From a virus: DNA of 64,000 nucleotides. The notes beneath the pieces are model-generated. The model did no database searches. It was not told the DNA's origin and saw only the letters and a list, made by a program, of their open reading frames with translations. Positions 8,237-18,400 of this stretch are shown piece after piece (positions within the stretch are counted from its first letter, which is position 1; the number at the start of each line of letters is the position of its first letter). Position numbers and translations under genes: made by a program. The DNA lies in IMG/VR virus record IMGVR_UViG_3300020473_000016; one strand, written 5' to 3'.

Positions 8237-8805
8237 CCTGTAATAATATATTTCTCATGTTCCTCTGATATTTGTCCTCTGTGTTTATGAGTTAATCCAG
8301 CAGGAAATAAAACTGTGTTACCTTTCTTTGCTTCTACAGTATAATCCTGATAATAGAATTGAGTTCCTCCATTAGGAACATCATTCAAGTATGTAATAAA
8401 AACAAAAGCTTTATCACAACCATCTAAACCAGATGCATCCACATGCCATGTATAAAAACCTTCACCAGGTTTATAATATTGTATCTGTGGTAACTGTTTC
8501 ATTGTAAACTCTTGGTTTCCAACTTCTAAGGTTTGTAAGTATTCTTGTATAAAACCATCCAATGCTTTTTGATATTCATCATATTTAAAGTCACTAGGTT
8601 TTCCAAACTTTCCAGCATCACTTATAGAGAAATCTGTACTCTTCTTAATATCTGGAATTATACTCCCACCACCAACTCTACCAGCATATGTCATCTCACC
8701 TTTATCAGCTATGTGAAAAAGCTCTATGAGTTTATCACATATACTAGGATCTTCTAATTGATATTCGTTAATAAAATTCATTTGTATGGCGGACCTTGTA
8801 CCCAT
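8215..8805 (-). CDS. Prolyl-4-hydroxylase-like 2OG-Fe(II) oxygenase
   Basis: Motifs QIQYYKPGEGFYTWHVD, YLNDVPNGGTQF, FPAGLTHKHRG and KYIITGW. Confidence 0.87.
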   Translation of the reverse strand: MGTRSAIQMNFINEYQLEDPSICDKLIELFHIADKGEMTYAGRVGGGSIIPDIKKSTDFSISDAGKFGKPSDFKYDEYQKALDGFIQEYLQTLEVGNQEFTMKQLPQIQYYKPGEGFYTWHVDASGLDGCDKAFVFITYLNDVPNGGTQFYYQDYTVEAKKGNTVLFPAGLTHKHRGQISEEHEKYIITGWLWWGK

Positions 8806-9404
8806 CCTACTAAGGATTTTCTACACCCAGAAGTAACTTCTCTTACTCTATGTGGTGTGTCACTCATGAATATTATAGCATCTTTTTTCTTTAATGGAAT
8901 AATCTTCTTCTCATCTATCACCATTTCAAATTCACCACCTTCAAAATCATCATTCAATAGTATAGTAAAACTAATCTTACGTATTCTATTATTCTGTCTC
9001 TTACCTTGCATCCAATTAGATTCATCTATATGCCAATCATAGTAACCACCCTTTTCATATACAGTATCTTGCATAGGTTCTATGAAATCAATATCATAAT
9101 TCCATTCACATTTTTCATTAGCAAATCTAATAAACCCATCTACTAATCCATACAATCGTTCATCATCTATAAAACGAGATTTTGATTCTCTATTTACTAG
9201 ATCAAGTTCTCCTTTATTTTCTAAACCTTCTACCTTAGAAGATTCATAATCATCTATAGGTTTACTTTCACGATCTGTACCTTGACATTTTTTAAGTTGT
9301 CTCTCTATAAGATCAAAATATTCATCTTCCATATTGATGATTATATACTGGTGTTTAAATGAATTCATTTTTGACACACCATTATATGAACACCATTCCA
9401 CCAT
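8778..9404 (-). CDS. PKHD/prolyl-hydroxylase-like 2OG-Fe(II) oxygenase
   Basis: Motifs GGYYDWHID, RKISFTILLNDDFEGGEF and PHRVREVTSGCRKSLVGW. Confidence 0.88.
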   Translation of the reverse strand: MVEWCSYNGVSKMNSFKHQYIIINMEDEYFDLIERQLKKCQGTDRESKPIDDYESSKVEGLENKGELDLVNRESKSRFIDDERLYGLVDGFIRFANEKCEWNYDIDFIEPMQDTVYEKGGYYDWHIDESNWMQGKRQNNRIRKISFTILLNDDFEGGEFEMVIDEKKIIPLKKKDAIIFMSDTPHRVREVTSGCRKSLVGWVQGPPYK

Positions 9405-11113
9405 CCATTAGGATCTTCTGGTATACCAGTTAATATCTTACGATCAAACATAACTTTAAGATCATTTTCTTTAACCCATATATTTGCTGACTCTACTACA
9501 CCCATAAAATTAGCATCATCTATTACTATTATAAACTGATCATCCATAATTGTATAGAGGTATGTTAAATTATCATATTGTTGCTGTGGGTCATGATCAG
9601 CATCATAGAAAATAATATTTGCTTTCTTATTTTCCATAGTATGTTCATCACGAATAATATTAAAATCTGCCTGAGTTAGATCCTGAATACTTTTCTCATG
9701 AAAGACCTGATTCTTTTTCATACCTTTAAAGAATGCACCTTTAGGATTATTCATTTTAAATCCTTTATGTCCATATACTTTACCACCACTATCCCAACTA
9801 TCCTCGTCACGGAATGGAGCAATGTCTTCTTCTGAATAATTATCAACAGCAAACGCTGGTATATCTCTATCCATTGTTGCAGCAAAGAATGTACTGCCAG
9901 CAGCAACACCTAATTCTAAATACACAGCATCTTCTTTGGAACATAAGTTATTCAGAAAATGTCTAATAATATTTGATGATAAACCTTCGTAATTAAATCC
10001 TTCTGGATTAAACTTACTCTCTCCTATTGCAGCCTTATTAATAGAATCGAGAACTAGTTCTATATCCTTATCCATAGTTCTTTCATTCTTCTTCATCCTA
10101 GAATGAATAACTGAATCGCAATAATTACAATCCCAACAATCAAACTTACATGTCTTAATCTTATCTCTCCAGATATCAATGGGTTTCTCTTGTAATGTAG
10201 TATCTTCAATGTATTCATTAAACTGAGGAAATAATAATTCTTCATTAGTATCCCATCTCTTAATGATCTCCATTGATTCCATTAGACGCATAGCATTTTC
10301 TCTACCATGCATCTTGAATACATCAATACCTAAATCAACAAACTCTTCCCAATCTTCTTTCCATGGAGGTAATGCTGCTTGCTTTAAAGCATTAGCTGGA
10401 TCTCTTTCATCCCATCCAGAACATGACACTCTACTAATAGAATCATTAAAATACTGAGGATCATCTTCACCTCTCTCCATGTTGTAATGATAGTGTTCTG
10501 GCATGATCGGACATCCACCCCAACACCATTCATTAGCAAGTAATGATATCTTAACTGGTTTACCTATCTCAGCACAATATTCTTTTGCTTTCTTAATTCT
10601 TAGTAGTTGATCATGATCTCTCATTAGATCACGATCTAAATTAATATAATTAAATCCTGCCTTTGCTAAATTAACTATCTCATTTGCTCTTGTTACTTCT
10701 CTTAGTATAGTATTTTTAATATAGAGTTCTGGAAATTCTTTCTGTATCTGTCCAGTTAACAACCATGTTGTATGAGGTATCGTAGCAATACGAACACCCA
10801 TATCATATACTCCTTTAAAATTCTCAATAAAAAGATCCAAATTCTTTTGATTAGGAAGAACTTGAATATTATTAAATGTTGCTGATAATGGAATACCTGT
10901 TTCTTGAGAAACGTAAAGAGCATTGAATGTTGTCTCTCTCATATCCCCATCAATAGTATCCCCCATTGCGTCTTGAACGAATGGAGGCATTCGACATGTA
11001 AAATATATGTCGTAAATATGTTTCTTATACTGATTCAGGAACGGTATAAAAGTTCCTACTACAAAATCTTCAGGTAATTTTGTATTCAGCGGGATCGAGA
11101 ACCTTTGTACCAT
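9365..11113 (-). CDS. U32-family-like Cys-rich (putative Fe-S) domain fused to a class I SAM-dependent methyltransferase
   Basis: N-terminal part: INLDRD, LLANEWCWGGCP, VFKMHGRE and CKFDCWDCNYC. C-terminal part: YLELGVAAGST, AVDN, IIFYDADH and IIVIDD. Confidence 0.65.
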   Translation of the reverse strand: MVQRFSIPLNTKLPEDFVVGTFIPFLNQYKKHIYDIYFTCRMPPFVQDAMGDTIDGDMRETTFNALYVSQETGIPLSATFNNIQVLPNQKNLDLFIENFKGVYDMGVRIATIPHTTWLLTGQIQKEFPELYIKNTILREVTRANEIVNLAKAGFNYINLDRDLMRDHDQLLRIKKAKEYCAEIGKPVKISLLANEWCWGGCPIMPEHYHYNMERGEDDPQYFNDSISRVSCSGWDERDPANALKQAALPPWKEDWEEFVDLGIDVFKMHGRENAMRLMESMEIIKRWDTNEELLFPQFNEYIEDTTLQEKPIDIWRDKIKTCKFDCWDCNYCDSVIHSRMKKNERTMDKDIELVLDSINKAAIGESKFNPEGFNYEGLSSNIIRHFLNNLCSKEDAVYLELGVAAGSTFFAATMDRDIPAFAVDNYSEEDIAPFRDEDSWDSGGKVYGHKGFKMNNPKGAFFKGMKKNQVFHEKSIQDLTQADFNIIRDEHTMENKKANIIFYDADHDPQQQYDNLTYLYTIMDDQFIIVIDDANFMGVVESANIWVKENDLKVMFDRKILTGIPEDPNGWWNGVHIMVCQK

Positions 11114-11321
11114 ATTCTTCTAGAACTTTATTAATAAAAATACCTTCGTTGTCACTATGTTCTACTAGGAGTTGCTTGTTCTCCATTGCGATTTGTCTGA
11201 GTTTTACTCTGTCTAGATCCTTATCTTTATTTTCAAGATTGTACTTATCATACATCATGAAATGTACAATAGGCAGAAGCTCATCATACCGTTCTGCATC
11301 AGCGTGCCAAACACCTGCCAT
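11070..11321 (-). CDS. Hypothetical protein
   Basis: ORF track; coupled to its neighbours. Confidence 0.65.
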   Translation of the reverse strand: MAGVWHADAERYDELLPIVHFMMYDKYNLENKDKDLDRVKLRQIAMENKQLLVEHSDNEGIFINKVLEEYGTKVLDPAEYKIT

Positions 11322-12200
11322 CTATTTTTCCCCCTCTTTTAAATGTAGCTGTCCTGTATATTTATGTGCTTCAAACTTAGGCATTGTTATACCTTCTGAT
11401 TCTATCTGTGCTTTTATAGCAGGAGCGAATGTTTTATTTAATTTATCCATACCACCACCAACAAGAGCAGAGAATTGTATTGCTACTTCTAAACACTTAA
11501 CTTGATCCTGTTCTGGCATATCCAAAATAGAAGTCATGTTACCAGTACCTATTCTACCATATGATACAATGTCCATAGCAGCCTGTTTACCCATACGAGC
11601 AATCCAGTATATTCTTTCTTCCTCTTCTTGTTCTTCTATGAAATATTCTAAAGGATGCTGTTCATCAATATGTTCATGAACAACTTTCAAGAAATGTGTC
11701 ATTTCTATTTCTGACTGACGTAGTTTTCTTTTCCAAATACCTATGTCATAATCATTCTTTTCTAAATCAATCTGAACAAATCCAGCATCAATTTCATCTC
11801 CACCTTCTTCCTCTATATTATCAAGAGTACGAAGGAATTTCTTTCTTAATAATTCTGCTTTTCTAAGACTATGCCTATTTTCTATATAAGCATGATACCT
11901 AGTTTCTAACTCCATTAATGCCTGACGCACTTTTCTCCATGGAGTCAGTTGCATATCAACAACAAAATGCTGACTTTGATATTCAGTCATACCGCTATTG
12001 AAACGCATACAACCTTCTAAGATATCAAAATCTTCCTTTGAGAAATCAAATTCCTCAACGAAAGACTTAGCTAAACTTATCTCTCCAGTATCAGAACTGA
12101 CTATGTTATTAACATCAGCAATGATATCAGATAATTCTGCGTTATAGGATAATCTAGTTTTCTTTGGATCTCTGTTTGTTAATTCAGAACTTAAAGACAT
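11322..12200 (-). CDS. Hypothetical coiled-coil protein of the putative tail-tip module
   Basis: ORF track; long heptad segment (RQALMELETRY...LRKAELLRKK). Confidence 0.75.
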   Translation of the reverse strand: MSLSSELTNRDPKKTRLSYNAELSDIIADVNNIVSSDTGEISLAKSFVEEFDFSKEDFDILEGCMRFNSGMTEYQSQHFVVDMQLTPWRKVRQALMELETRYHAYIENRHSLRKAELLRKKFLRTLDNIEEEGGDEIDAGFVQIDLEKNDYDIGIWKRKLRQSEIEMTHFLKVVHEHIDEQHPLEYFIEEQEEEERIYWIARMGKQAAMDIVSYGRIGTGNMTSILDMPEQDQVKCLEVAIQFSALVGGGMDKLNKTFAPAIKAQIESEGITMPKFEAHKYTGQLHLKEGEK

Positions 12201-12999
12201 ATGCGTCTACCTCATACTCTGGTTTACGATCCCAGTCAGTATCAGATATAGTGCGACCCATTTCAATTGCTTGCATCTGAGGCATCATAATACCGATGTG
12301 ATCTTCATATAATATATTTAGGTCCCATACAGAATCCGCATTTTCAAACTTCTTCTTAAGTTCTTGATACGTGACAAGCATGGTAGACAGATTATCTTCA
12401 TATTCTTCTGCCTTAGTCAAAATTTTATTAGACAAATCTGTTTTAGTTATACTTCTTTTCTCAGCAAGATAATCAAGGAATGGAGTTTTACTTCCATTAG
12501 CTCCTTTTTCTCTCAACCATTCTCTTGCTTCATGCTTCTGTATTTCCCAAGAAGCAGTTTCTAATTCTGTTGTATCTCTTAAATTTTTAATCCTTACATT
12601 AAACTCATCATCAATAATTTCTATAGCAAAAAGTTTCATGAAATCAGTAATTTCTTTTTTGATTTCATCTGTTAATTCTACTGGTACTTTAAGAACACCG
12701 CCAGCAGGAGTCCATGCTTGAGCAACACCTTGTTGGTTAACAGTTGCCATAACCTTACCATAAGGTCTAACTTCTGAGAAGAAGTTAGATCCATTTAGTG
12801 CTTGCTTTTTGGTAACTTCCTTATACTTATGTTCCCACTCTTTAGAGATAACTTGGAATATATTCTCACTTATTTCTACACATGCGAAATGCATCAACGA
12901 AAATATTTCGTTGTAATGAAGTCTAGAGTCAGCAGTCTCAGCAATATTGACATACTGCTCAGGCTTGATTTCTCTTTCGTTGACGATTAAGTATCTCAT
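12184..12999 (-). CDS. Putative tail-fibre assembly chaperone-like protein
   Basis: Pattern ELETASWEIQKHEAREW...TPFLDYLAEKRS...KILTKAEEY resembles fibre-assembly proteins (recalled similarity only). Confidence 0.5.
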   Translation of the reverse strand: MRYLIVNEREIKPEQYVNIAETADSRLHYNEIFSLMHFACVEISENIFQVISKEWEHKYKEVTKKQALNGSNFFSEVRPYGKVMATVNQQGVAQAWTPAGGVLKVPVELTDEIKKEITDFMKLFAIEIIDDEFNVRIKNLRDTTELETASWEIQKHEAREWLREKGANGSKTPFLDYLAEKRSITKTDLSNKILTKAEEYEDNLSTMLVTYQELKKKFENADSVWDLNILYEDHIGIMMPQMQAIEMGRTISDTDWDRKPEYEVDAYVFKF

Positions 13000-13002
13000 T
13001 GT

Positions 13003-14289
13003 TTATTGTGCGTATCTAGCTGTAACAGATGCTGCTGCTGAACAGCAACCACCTGATGATTGTCCATAATGTCCTTTGGGTCTTGTTGTTGCACCCATAT
13101 TAGTCTCAACGTCAGTTGAATAATCCCACTTAGTAGTATGGTTGTTCTGCTGACCGTCATATTGTCCCATCATATAACCCCAGTCCTGACCCATCATCAT
13201 GTTCTCTTCTCCGTAAGAACGAACCTTAGATCCATTCTTAATACCAGATCCTGAAGAACCATTGTACTTAGTCCAAGGAGTTGTAACGTTGTTACCAGTA
13301 CCACAGTAGAAGTGACCCCACTTAGAAGGTAGCGGTTTACAAACTCCATCAGGAGCAGCAGATGAAGACCAGTTACCCCAACTATCGTTAGAATGATCAC
13401 AGTAATATCTGTTACCTGAGAATGAAGCCCATGTTCTATCTTCATCAGCACATGAAGCAGTATGATCATTACCAGAAGGTGAGTTACCTGCCTGATACAT
13501 GATCTCTGAAGGGAAGTGTAACTTACCTACAGCAGAGTTACCTCCACCCAAGTTGTATCCATGCTGTTGTTTTTGTGCAGATGCACATGAGTTTCTGTCT
13601 CTGTTAACAGGCATGTTCCAACCACCAACAGTACCATAACCCATGATTCCTCTTGGGTCATCTCCTTCCCAACCGTAGTTGTGAGGTGAATATGTACCAC
13701 CACCAGGGTTACTACCTGATGTACCAAACATTCGTCTCATTCCAGTATGGAGGTTGATCGAAGATGTATGGTTTGATGATCCAGTGAATGCGTTAACACA
13801 TCCATGACCATACCCAAAGTAATCACTCCAAGTAACGTCAGCATATGTTAGTGCTCTATCAATTTGCTCACCACAGTAGAAAGTAACGTCTGTAGCGTGC
13901 CAAGTTTTGTTTACTGTTCTCCAAGGATTAGATCCTTTATATCCAGCAACCAAGTAACCATGTGTAATTAAACTTCTGTATCTAAATCCTGTTAAGGGTG
14001 AAGAAACAGCATTGTTCATACCAGGATAAGCCCAGAAAGTTCCGTTCTCTCCATCAGATACCAGATAAGCACCCCTTGTCTCATTAGTTGCTCCTGGTAC
14101 ACCACCTCCTACGTCATCCCATTCAGAACCATTCCAAATCTGTGCTTTCGCATCACTAGAGTTCCAAATCATCTGACCTATATTAGGAGATGCAGGTCTA
14201 CTGCCACTGGCAAAAGACGGCAACTTCAAACCTTGAGTCTGAAGTGACGCATTACCTGTAACAACAGTTCCAACTGTTAATTGAGACAT
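13003..14289 (-). CDS. Putative beta-propeller (Kelch-like) virion or tail-tip protein
   Basis: The N-terminus resembles fibre proteins (RPASPNIGQMIWNS...QIWNGSEW). It is followed by about 45-aa Gly/aromatic blade-like repeats (HGYLVAGY, HGYNLGGG, WGYMMGQY). Confidence 0.55.
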   Translation of the reverse strand: MSQLTVGTVVTGNASLQTQGLKLPSFASGSRPASPNIGQMIWNSSDAKAQIWNGSEWDDVGGGVPGATNETRGAYLVSDGENGTFWAYPGMNNAVSSPLTGFRYRSLITHGYLVAGYKGSNPWRTVNKTWHATDVTFYCGEQIDRALTYADVTWSDYFGYGHGCVNAFTGSSNHTSSINLHTGMRRMFGTSGSNPGGGTYSPHNYGWEGDDPRGIMGYGTVGGWNMPVNRDRNSCASAQKQQHGYNLGGGNSAVGKLHFPSEIMYQAGNSPSGNDHTASCADEDRTWASFSGNRYYCDHSNDSWGNWSSSAAPDGVCKPLPSKWGHFYCGTGNNVTTPWTKYNGSSGSGIKNGSKVRSYGEENMMMGQDWGYMMGQYDGQQNNHTTKWDYSTDVETNMGATTRPKGHYGQSSGGCCSAAASVTARYAQ

Positions 14290-14311
14290 GACTACCTATC
14301 TTTATTAATTC

Positions 14312-14318
14312 TATTTAT
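14312..14318 (-). promoter_or_regulatory. T4-type late promoter (ATAAATA)
   Basis: About 23 nt upstream of the ATG at 14289; overlaps the stop of the upstream gene. Confidence 0.7.
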
Positions 14319-14665
14319 GACTTAGGGTATTTATCTTTGACAGCAGCGACAGATTGATACCACTGACCATCTTTTCCAGGAACTACCCCTTGTTCCATAT
14401 CATGCCAAAGTTTATCGAACTGCTCTGCGATATCTGGGTACTCGACTCTACGAGCAAGATCATAAGCAGGTGGAGAATGTTCGATTTTTTGAACTTGCTG
14501 CAATGCCAAATTATATGTAAAGTCAGCAATATCTTGACCAGCACCTACTTCACCTAGCCATTCAACCCACATGAAATTTGAGTGTACCTCAAACCTTTCA
14601 TCCTGAGAACCTTTTATGAACTGAAGGACAGTTCCGTTTTCTTTGTTTACAAGTACTTGATACAT
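14315..14665 (-). CDS. Tail-fibre assembly chaperone-like protein
   Basis: C-terminal YxxxRxxEYPxIxEQ(F/L)DxLW...VKxKYPK motif typical of fibre-associated chaperones. Confidence 0.6.
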   Translation of the reverse strand: MYQVLVNKENGTVLQFIKGSQDERFEVHSNFMWVEWLGEVGAGQDIADFTYNLALQQVQKIEHSPPAYDLARRVEYPDIAEQFDKLWHDMEQGVVPGKDGQWYQSVAAVKDKYPKS

Positions 14666-14666
14666 T

Positions 14667-15422
14667 TTAGGTATACTCCCATACTATTACGCAACCAGCA
14701 CCGCCGTTGCCGTTGTTATGTGCATGTCCATTTTGTGAATAATATCCATAAGCACCACCAGAACCCCATTGTCCATGAGTACTTTCAGCACCATCACTTG
14801 AGTTATGATGGTTTGATCCTGCCTTATGCCAGAATGTAGATCCACTACAACCTTCTCTGTTGGAACCGTGTGACATTTCACCAGGTCCGCCAGGTAAGTT
14901 TATATCTCCACCAGAAGCATCTCCTCCTCTTCCACCTTCATATGGGTTATCTGTGTAACCACCAGCACCACCAGAAGCAGTACAATATGAACCAAAAGAT
15001 GAAGATCCTCCTGAACCTCCACGTCCACCATTTCTAGCATATCCACCTCCACCACCATATGTGTAGTTGACACTGTTTACACTAGAAACATCAATATATT
15101 TAATTGCAGTAGCACCACCGCCACCACCAGCACCACGATAGTTATTGTCATTACAACGACAACCACCGCCTCCACCAGTGACGTAAACTAATACATGACC
15201 GCAACCAGCTGGTTTTGTCCACGTACCAGATCCACCAGAGGTTGATCTAGATGACCATGATCCATTCTGTGATGTATATACTTGAATGCCAATTAAAGCA
15301 CCAGGTGTTGTCATCGCAGAATAACTACTGCCATTCCATATTCTTAATTCATCGTTTTGCAGATCCATTATATTAACTCCTGCGGAGTTTTGGATCTGGT
15401 CTACTTTTAATATTCCAGCCAT
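14667..15422 (-). CDS. Glycine-rich tail-fibre accessory protein
   Basis: Motifs ALIGIQVYT, GTWTKPAGC..VLVYVTGGGGG and GGAGCVIVWEY. Confidence 0.7.
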   Translation of the reverse strand: MAGILKVDQIQNSAGVNIMDLQNDELRIWNGSSYSAMTTPGALIGIQVYTSQNGSWSSRSTSGGSGTWTKPAGCGHVLVYVTGGGGGCRCNDNNYRGAGGGGGATAIKYIDVSSVNSVNYTYGGGGGYARNGGRGGSGGSSSFGSYCTASGGAGGYTDNPYEGGRGGDASGGDINLPGGPGEMSHGSNREGCSGSTFWHKAGSNHHNSSDGAESTHGQWGSGGAYGYYSQNGHAHNNGNGGAGCVIVWEYT

Positions 15423-15431
15423 TTTATTTCC

Positions 15432-18400
15432 TTATACGATAGCCCAGTTACCACCACTATTTATAGTGACTGTATAACCGTTTGCAATTGTCATTGGACC
15501 TGCACTAACGCAGTTGACGTTAGCAGGTATAGTGACGTTTTCAGAGACTGTGTTTCTGTTAGACTTAAAGATTCCATAAGTATCAATCCACATTTGGTCT
15601 CCGTTAACATAACCAATTCCTCTGAAGTTAGCAGTACCACCAACATCTAATGTGTATGATGGGTTTGCCTGATTGATACCAACCTTAGACATTCTATGAA
15701 TGTCAGTTCCGTTAGAAGATTCTGTCCAACGTGAAGTAACAAACTCAGCATTGTTCTGGAAGAACTGACCGTTAAGGTTCATATCACCTTGTACGGTTAA
15801 CTGATAAGTTCTATTTGTATTGTTGTTTGGATCAGTACCAGAGTTTGTAGTAGTGTTAATAGAAACTCTATTGTTACTACCATCAACAGCAATTGCTGGT
15901 GTAGTATTCCAAGTTGTTCCACCGTTGTCAGTAGATGCTTGGATTGCAAAGTAATGATTACCTACTGTCTGGTTACTAACTCTGAAGTTTCTATAAGAAG
16001 AAGAACCACGTAAGTTTATTCTTGCACCAGAGTTATCATCATCCTGATCAATGTTAAGTGTACCAGTAATCATTGCAGTACCAGCAACTTCTAATGCGAA
16101 GTCTGGTTCACGGTTAATACCAACACCTAAGTTTCTAGATGCAATAATATCACCAACAACACGGAACGCTAATTCTGATTCAGTACCTTCTACTGTGAAA
16201 GTATTTCCATACTCACTGTTAGGTGATTGTGAATCTGAATGATTGTATCTAATAGTACCAACTTGAGAGAAGTCAGAAACATCTGTAAATCTAATTCTTG
16301 CACCTGTAGCAGGAGCATTGGTTGCTGATTTAAGTAATATACCTTCATCACTGCGAATATCTAGAGCAGCAGAAGGAGAAGTACCTACGTTAATACCAAC
16401 TCTATTAGCACTCGCATCAACGAATAGAACTCCAGCATCAACATTTAAGTCATTACTTAGAGTTGTAATACCAGTAACACCAACTGTACCACCAACAGTT
16501 AAGTTGGAAGATGCACCAGCAAGTGCCAATGAACCAGTCATGGTATCACCAGTCTTCAATACGTTAAGTGATGCAGCACCTGATAATGTACCAGTAATAG
16601 TACCAGCAGAGAAGTTACCTGAACCATCTCTCTTAACAGCAGTATCAGCAATGTTATTAACTTGGAATACAATGTTACCTGCGTTCCATACAGTAGAACC
16701 ATTAACTTCTAAACCATCAGCATTAGCAACTTTAACTTCTAATGTACCAGAACCATCAGTTGTAGTACCACCAGCAGCAATCAAAGCAACGTTATAGTTT
16801 GATGCAGCAGATGCAGAAGAGTTGAAGTAAACAGCAGGACTAGATGCCTGACCATCCTTTCTACCAAGTCTTAGTTTTGCAGTACCAGAATCACTCTCAA
16901 GTCTAGTTACCTCGAAGGTGTTATCATCTTCAATAGTGAAGTCTTGGAATGGAACTCTGTTACTTGCAGTACCAATTGTTAGAGCACCAGTAAAGTTACC
17001 AGAAGTTAATCTACCAATTAGAATACTGTAATCATTGAAATTATCATTAACGTCATCGTTAATAGTAATAGCATCAATTGTGAAACTACCAACTGCCTGT
17101 GCGTTAGCATTGTATAGGTTGACTGGGTTACCTGGTGTGAATGGTGAACTGTTAAGGATTAAACCTTGTACATAGATCTGATACTTAGCATCACCATTAA
17201 ATGTCTTGACTACTAATCTATCTTGATAAGATCTAGGACTAATGAATCCTGGTAGTCTGTTATCAGACATAATACCAGAGTTCAAGTTGTAAGCATTCTG
17301 ATACCAATCACCTTGTCTATTATCTAATCTGTCAGCATCAAGATCTGAATCTACACCATCGTTAAGTGATGTCCAAACCTTACCCCATGAACCGAATGTA
17401 GAAACACCTGTACCAGAACCTCTGATCCACATGTTGTCATTGTCTGTAAATGCAAGTTGTCTAATACCACCGTAAGTAGCATCGAAACCAGAACCACCAT
17501 TTCTGATAGTCATTACTAGGTTTCTAGTACCACCGTCTGAAAGACTGTTAGCACTGTTGAATACTGTGTTAGCGATAACACCTTCAACGAAGTTGTTTGG
17601 AGCAGGGTTTGATGTAGGGTTGTTAGTACCTGTTATCAAACGAATTGTATTCTGAGATGAACCAGAAATACTAATGTTATATGTACCAGATAATCTATCA
17701 GTTGGTAATGTACCAGCGTTCTGGTTACCAGAGTTTAGATAGAACGCACCTTGAGCACCATCAAGAAGGTCAGCATCTAATCCACTGTCAGCACCAGTCT
17801 TAAGTACAACAGAACCATTACCTGCTAAACCAATATCAAATTGTGATTTCTTATATCTAGAAACACCAATTGTACCGTAGAGGTCAGCAGAAATTGTTTG
17901 ATCTGTAACTCTCTGAACGTCAATAGCAACGTTAGCATACTGTCTGTTAACAGTACTTACTTTAGCTTCTAATACTAGACCAGATCCAGTACCTATTTGT
18001 GTTGGAGCAACTGTAATTGAGAAGTCAGCACTATATCCTGTACCACCGTTGGTTACAGTTACATCACTTACTGCGTTACCAGATACAACTATATTTGCTT
18101 TTAGTTCAGTACCAGATCCACCTGTTAGTGGTATATCATAGTATTGACCATTAGTGTATCCAGAACCAGCATTAGAAATAATAACGTCATCAACGAAGTT
18201 ACCTTGAGTATATGTTGACTCGAAGGTTACTGGAGAAGCACCCCTTTCAAATTCAATAATAGTACCAGAAGCAATCGTCTGGTTAACTGGGTTGTTAATT
18301 GAAACTGTGGTTAATCCACCAGCAGTTACAATACCTGTAATATTTGTGTTTGCCTGTATTCCATTAACAGTGTTCTTAACTTCATGACCAATCAGAGCAT

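Noticed and set aside
9365-11113. Annotation as a collagenase or protease (peptidase U32)
   Set aside because: Characterised U32 members with these Cys motifs are Fe-S hydroxylation proteins, and there is no sequence evidence of protease activity.
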